40,807 nucleotides of DNA from Nemertoderma westbladi. Taxonomy: Eukaryota > Animalia > Xenacoelomorpha. The position numbers were made by a program, and so were the translations under genes. Below the pieces are notes generated by a model that was given only the letters and a program-made list of their open reading frames with translations, was not told the DNA's origin and ran no database searches. How positions within the stretch are numbered: position 1 is the first letter of the stretch; each line of letters begins with the position of its first letter. The stretch is taken from the NCBI GenBank assembly GCA_032718475.1, contig JAUCBJ010006217.1, forward strand, positions 1-40,807, read 5' to 3'. Shown piece by piece: positions 39,126-40,807 of this stretch.

Positions 39126-39302
39126 AATAAAGAAGTCTTGGAGCTTATTGAACCGTCTATGAGGTTAGCTAAGGATTTGGTTGAGCGGCTGAAGTCTTCG
39201 AGGGATATGTTGAACGAGGCGCCCCGGCAATTACAGGAGGAAAAGAAGATGTTAGAGAAACGGGGTTGCGATTTATTTAAACGACTGCATGGACTCTTAC
39301 AG
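39126..39302 (+). CDS. TRIM/RBCC protein exon 4 (coiled coil); gene probably continues beyond the window
   Basis: Acceptor TTTATAG at 39125 (phase 0). Helical NKEVLELIEPSMRLAKDLVERL..LFKRLHGLLQ. Donor CAG|GTAAGC. Confidence 0.8.
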
Positions 39303-39504
39303 GTAAGCAGTATAGTTACTTGATATATTATAGTGAGTTGATGAATGGTCAAGTTGTCATTATATTCTACATAGCCGCCATCATTTTTTTTATTTTAAAC
39401 CAATTATATTTTGTTAACTGAATATTATGTCGAACAAGGTATTAGATTAATATAATAAGGAATGCTCCAATTACAAATACAGTCCTACCAGATTATCCTT
39501 TGTT

Positions 39505-39990
39505 CCTTTTTTTTCTTTTTTTTAGAACATTTCCTTTTTTTCCTTTTTTTTAGAACATTTCCTTTTTTTCCTTTTTTTTTAGAACATTTCCTTTTTTTCC
39601 TTTTTTTTTTAGAACATTTCCTTTTTTTCCTTTTTTTTAGAACATTTCCTTTTTTTCCTTTTTTTTCTCTTTTTTTTAGAACATTTCCTTTTTTTCTTTT
39701 TTTTTAGAACATTTCCTTTTTTTCCTTTTTTTGAGAACATTTCCTTTTTTTCCTTTTTTTTAGAACATTTCCTTTTTTTCATTTTTTTGAGAACATTTCC
39801 TTTTTTTCTTTTTTTTTAGAACATTTCCTTTTTTTCTTTTTTTTTTAGAACATTTCCTTTTTTTCCTTTTTTATTAGATCATTTCCTTTTTTTCTTTTTT
39901 TTTAGAATGTTTCCTTTTTCCTTTTTTTTTAGATCATTTCCTTTTTTTCTTTTTTTTTAGAATGTTTCCTTTTTCCTTTTTTTTTTGGCC
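39505..39990 (+). repeat. ~28-29-bp pyrimidine-rich minisatellite, ~16 copies
   Basis: Unit TTTTTTTTAGAACATTTCCTTTTTTTCC. Confidence 0.95.
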
Positions 39991-40807
39991 ATTTTCACAC
40001 CTTTTATTCCTTTTTTTAGTTCAGAAAATAGCCTGCTGTAAGTGTAACATGTTCTATTCTGTACAAGGCAGCGGGGAGACAGCTGGACAGGTCTTGTAGT
40101 CTAATCAATTACTGGTACTGTACCACTGTCTGACTGTACTGTAGTTCCATATATGACGATTTCAGACTAAACTAACTATATACTATCAGATCAGTTGTAG
40201 TAGTCCTTGGTACTAAACTAATATAACAATGTACCGGTACCGGTACCTTTACCATTATCATACTACCATAGTCATAAATATTCAATTAATTGGCAAAAGT
40301 TCGTGTTTTTTTAAATCACATTGTCCCACTTTAGCCCAGGGGGGTAAAGTGAGTCATATTGTGTAAAATGGGACTGTTGACACTGGGATTTAGGTTATAA
40401 GTTGAGTTGAGTATGAAAAACGACAAATTAAACCAAACAATGAGTATATATGAATGTTTGGCTAGAGTTCAGTACCGGTATAGCACTACATTTTTAAAAC
40501 ATATATCATTGTTACTATGGCAACGTTGAAGAGTTATAGAACAATGTAAAAGTCTAGAACAATACATACATAATTTATTGTTAACATGAAATTTTTTTCT
40601 ATTGAGGCTGTGGCGATTCTATATATTATACACCATGACCCGTAATATAGTGTCATTTTCTGATGACAGGGACCCCCCCCCCCCCCCCCCAGATTTTTCT
40701 ACAAATCTTTATCATATTGTTTGAAATTTGAAACACAACTAGTTCCACTCATCGTGGTTGTTACCATGAAGCCGGAATTTTCGATTTCGCCTTTAAATTT
40801 TTTTTAT

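Noticed and set aside
38909-39707. ORFs 38909-39106 and 39462-39707
   Set aside because: Translations of minisatellites.

Overview
AT-rich invertebrate animal genomic DNA (spliceosomal introns, LINEs, SINEs, DNA transposons), not prokaryotic. Two host genes run off the window edges. One is the 5' three exons of UGGT (minus strand, 14105->8714). The other is the first four exons of a RING-Bbox-Bbox-coiled-coil (TRIM, possibly RNF17/qin-like) gene (plus strand, from 35978). The third UGGT intron holds a two-ORF EnSpm/CACTA-type transposon and a 1.25 kb MITE. The intergenic region holds a CR1/Crack-like LINE and a decayed transposon with a DDE integrase convergent on a HECT E3-ligase gene. That element is broken by an RTE LINE, Helentron-like (HINE) elements and an inverted-repeat element. 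The best finding is a ~460-480 bp direct repeat (31382-32536, period 673) in which each copy carries an identical, complete hammerhead ribozyme core. Its three core strands are joined in a non-canonical (non-circularly permuted) order, with an extra 11-bp helix, suggesting a retrozyme-like self-cleaving or circular RNA element. The second is a TRIM intron made almost entirely of 20 tandem copies of its own exon end plus 5' splice site. All calls are by eye; no searches were run.
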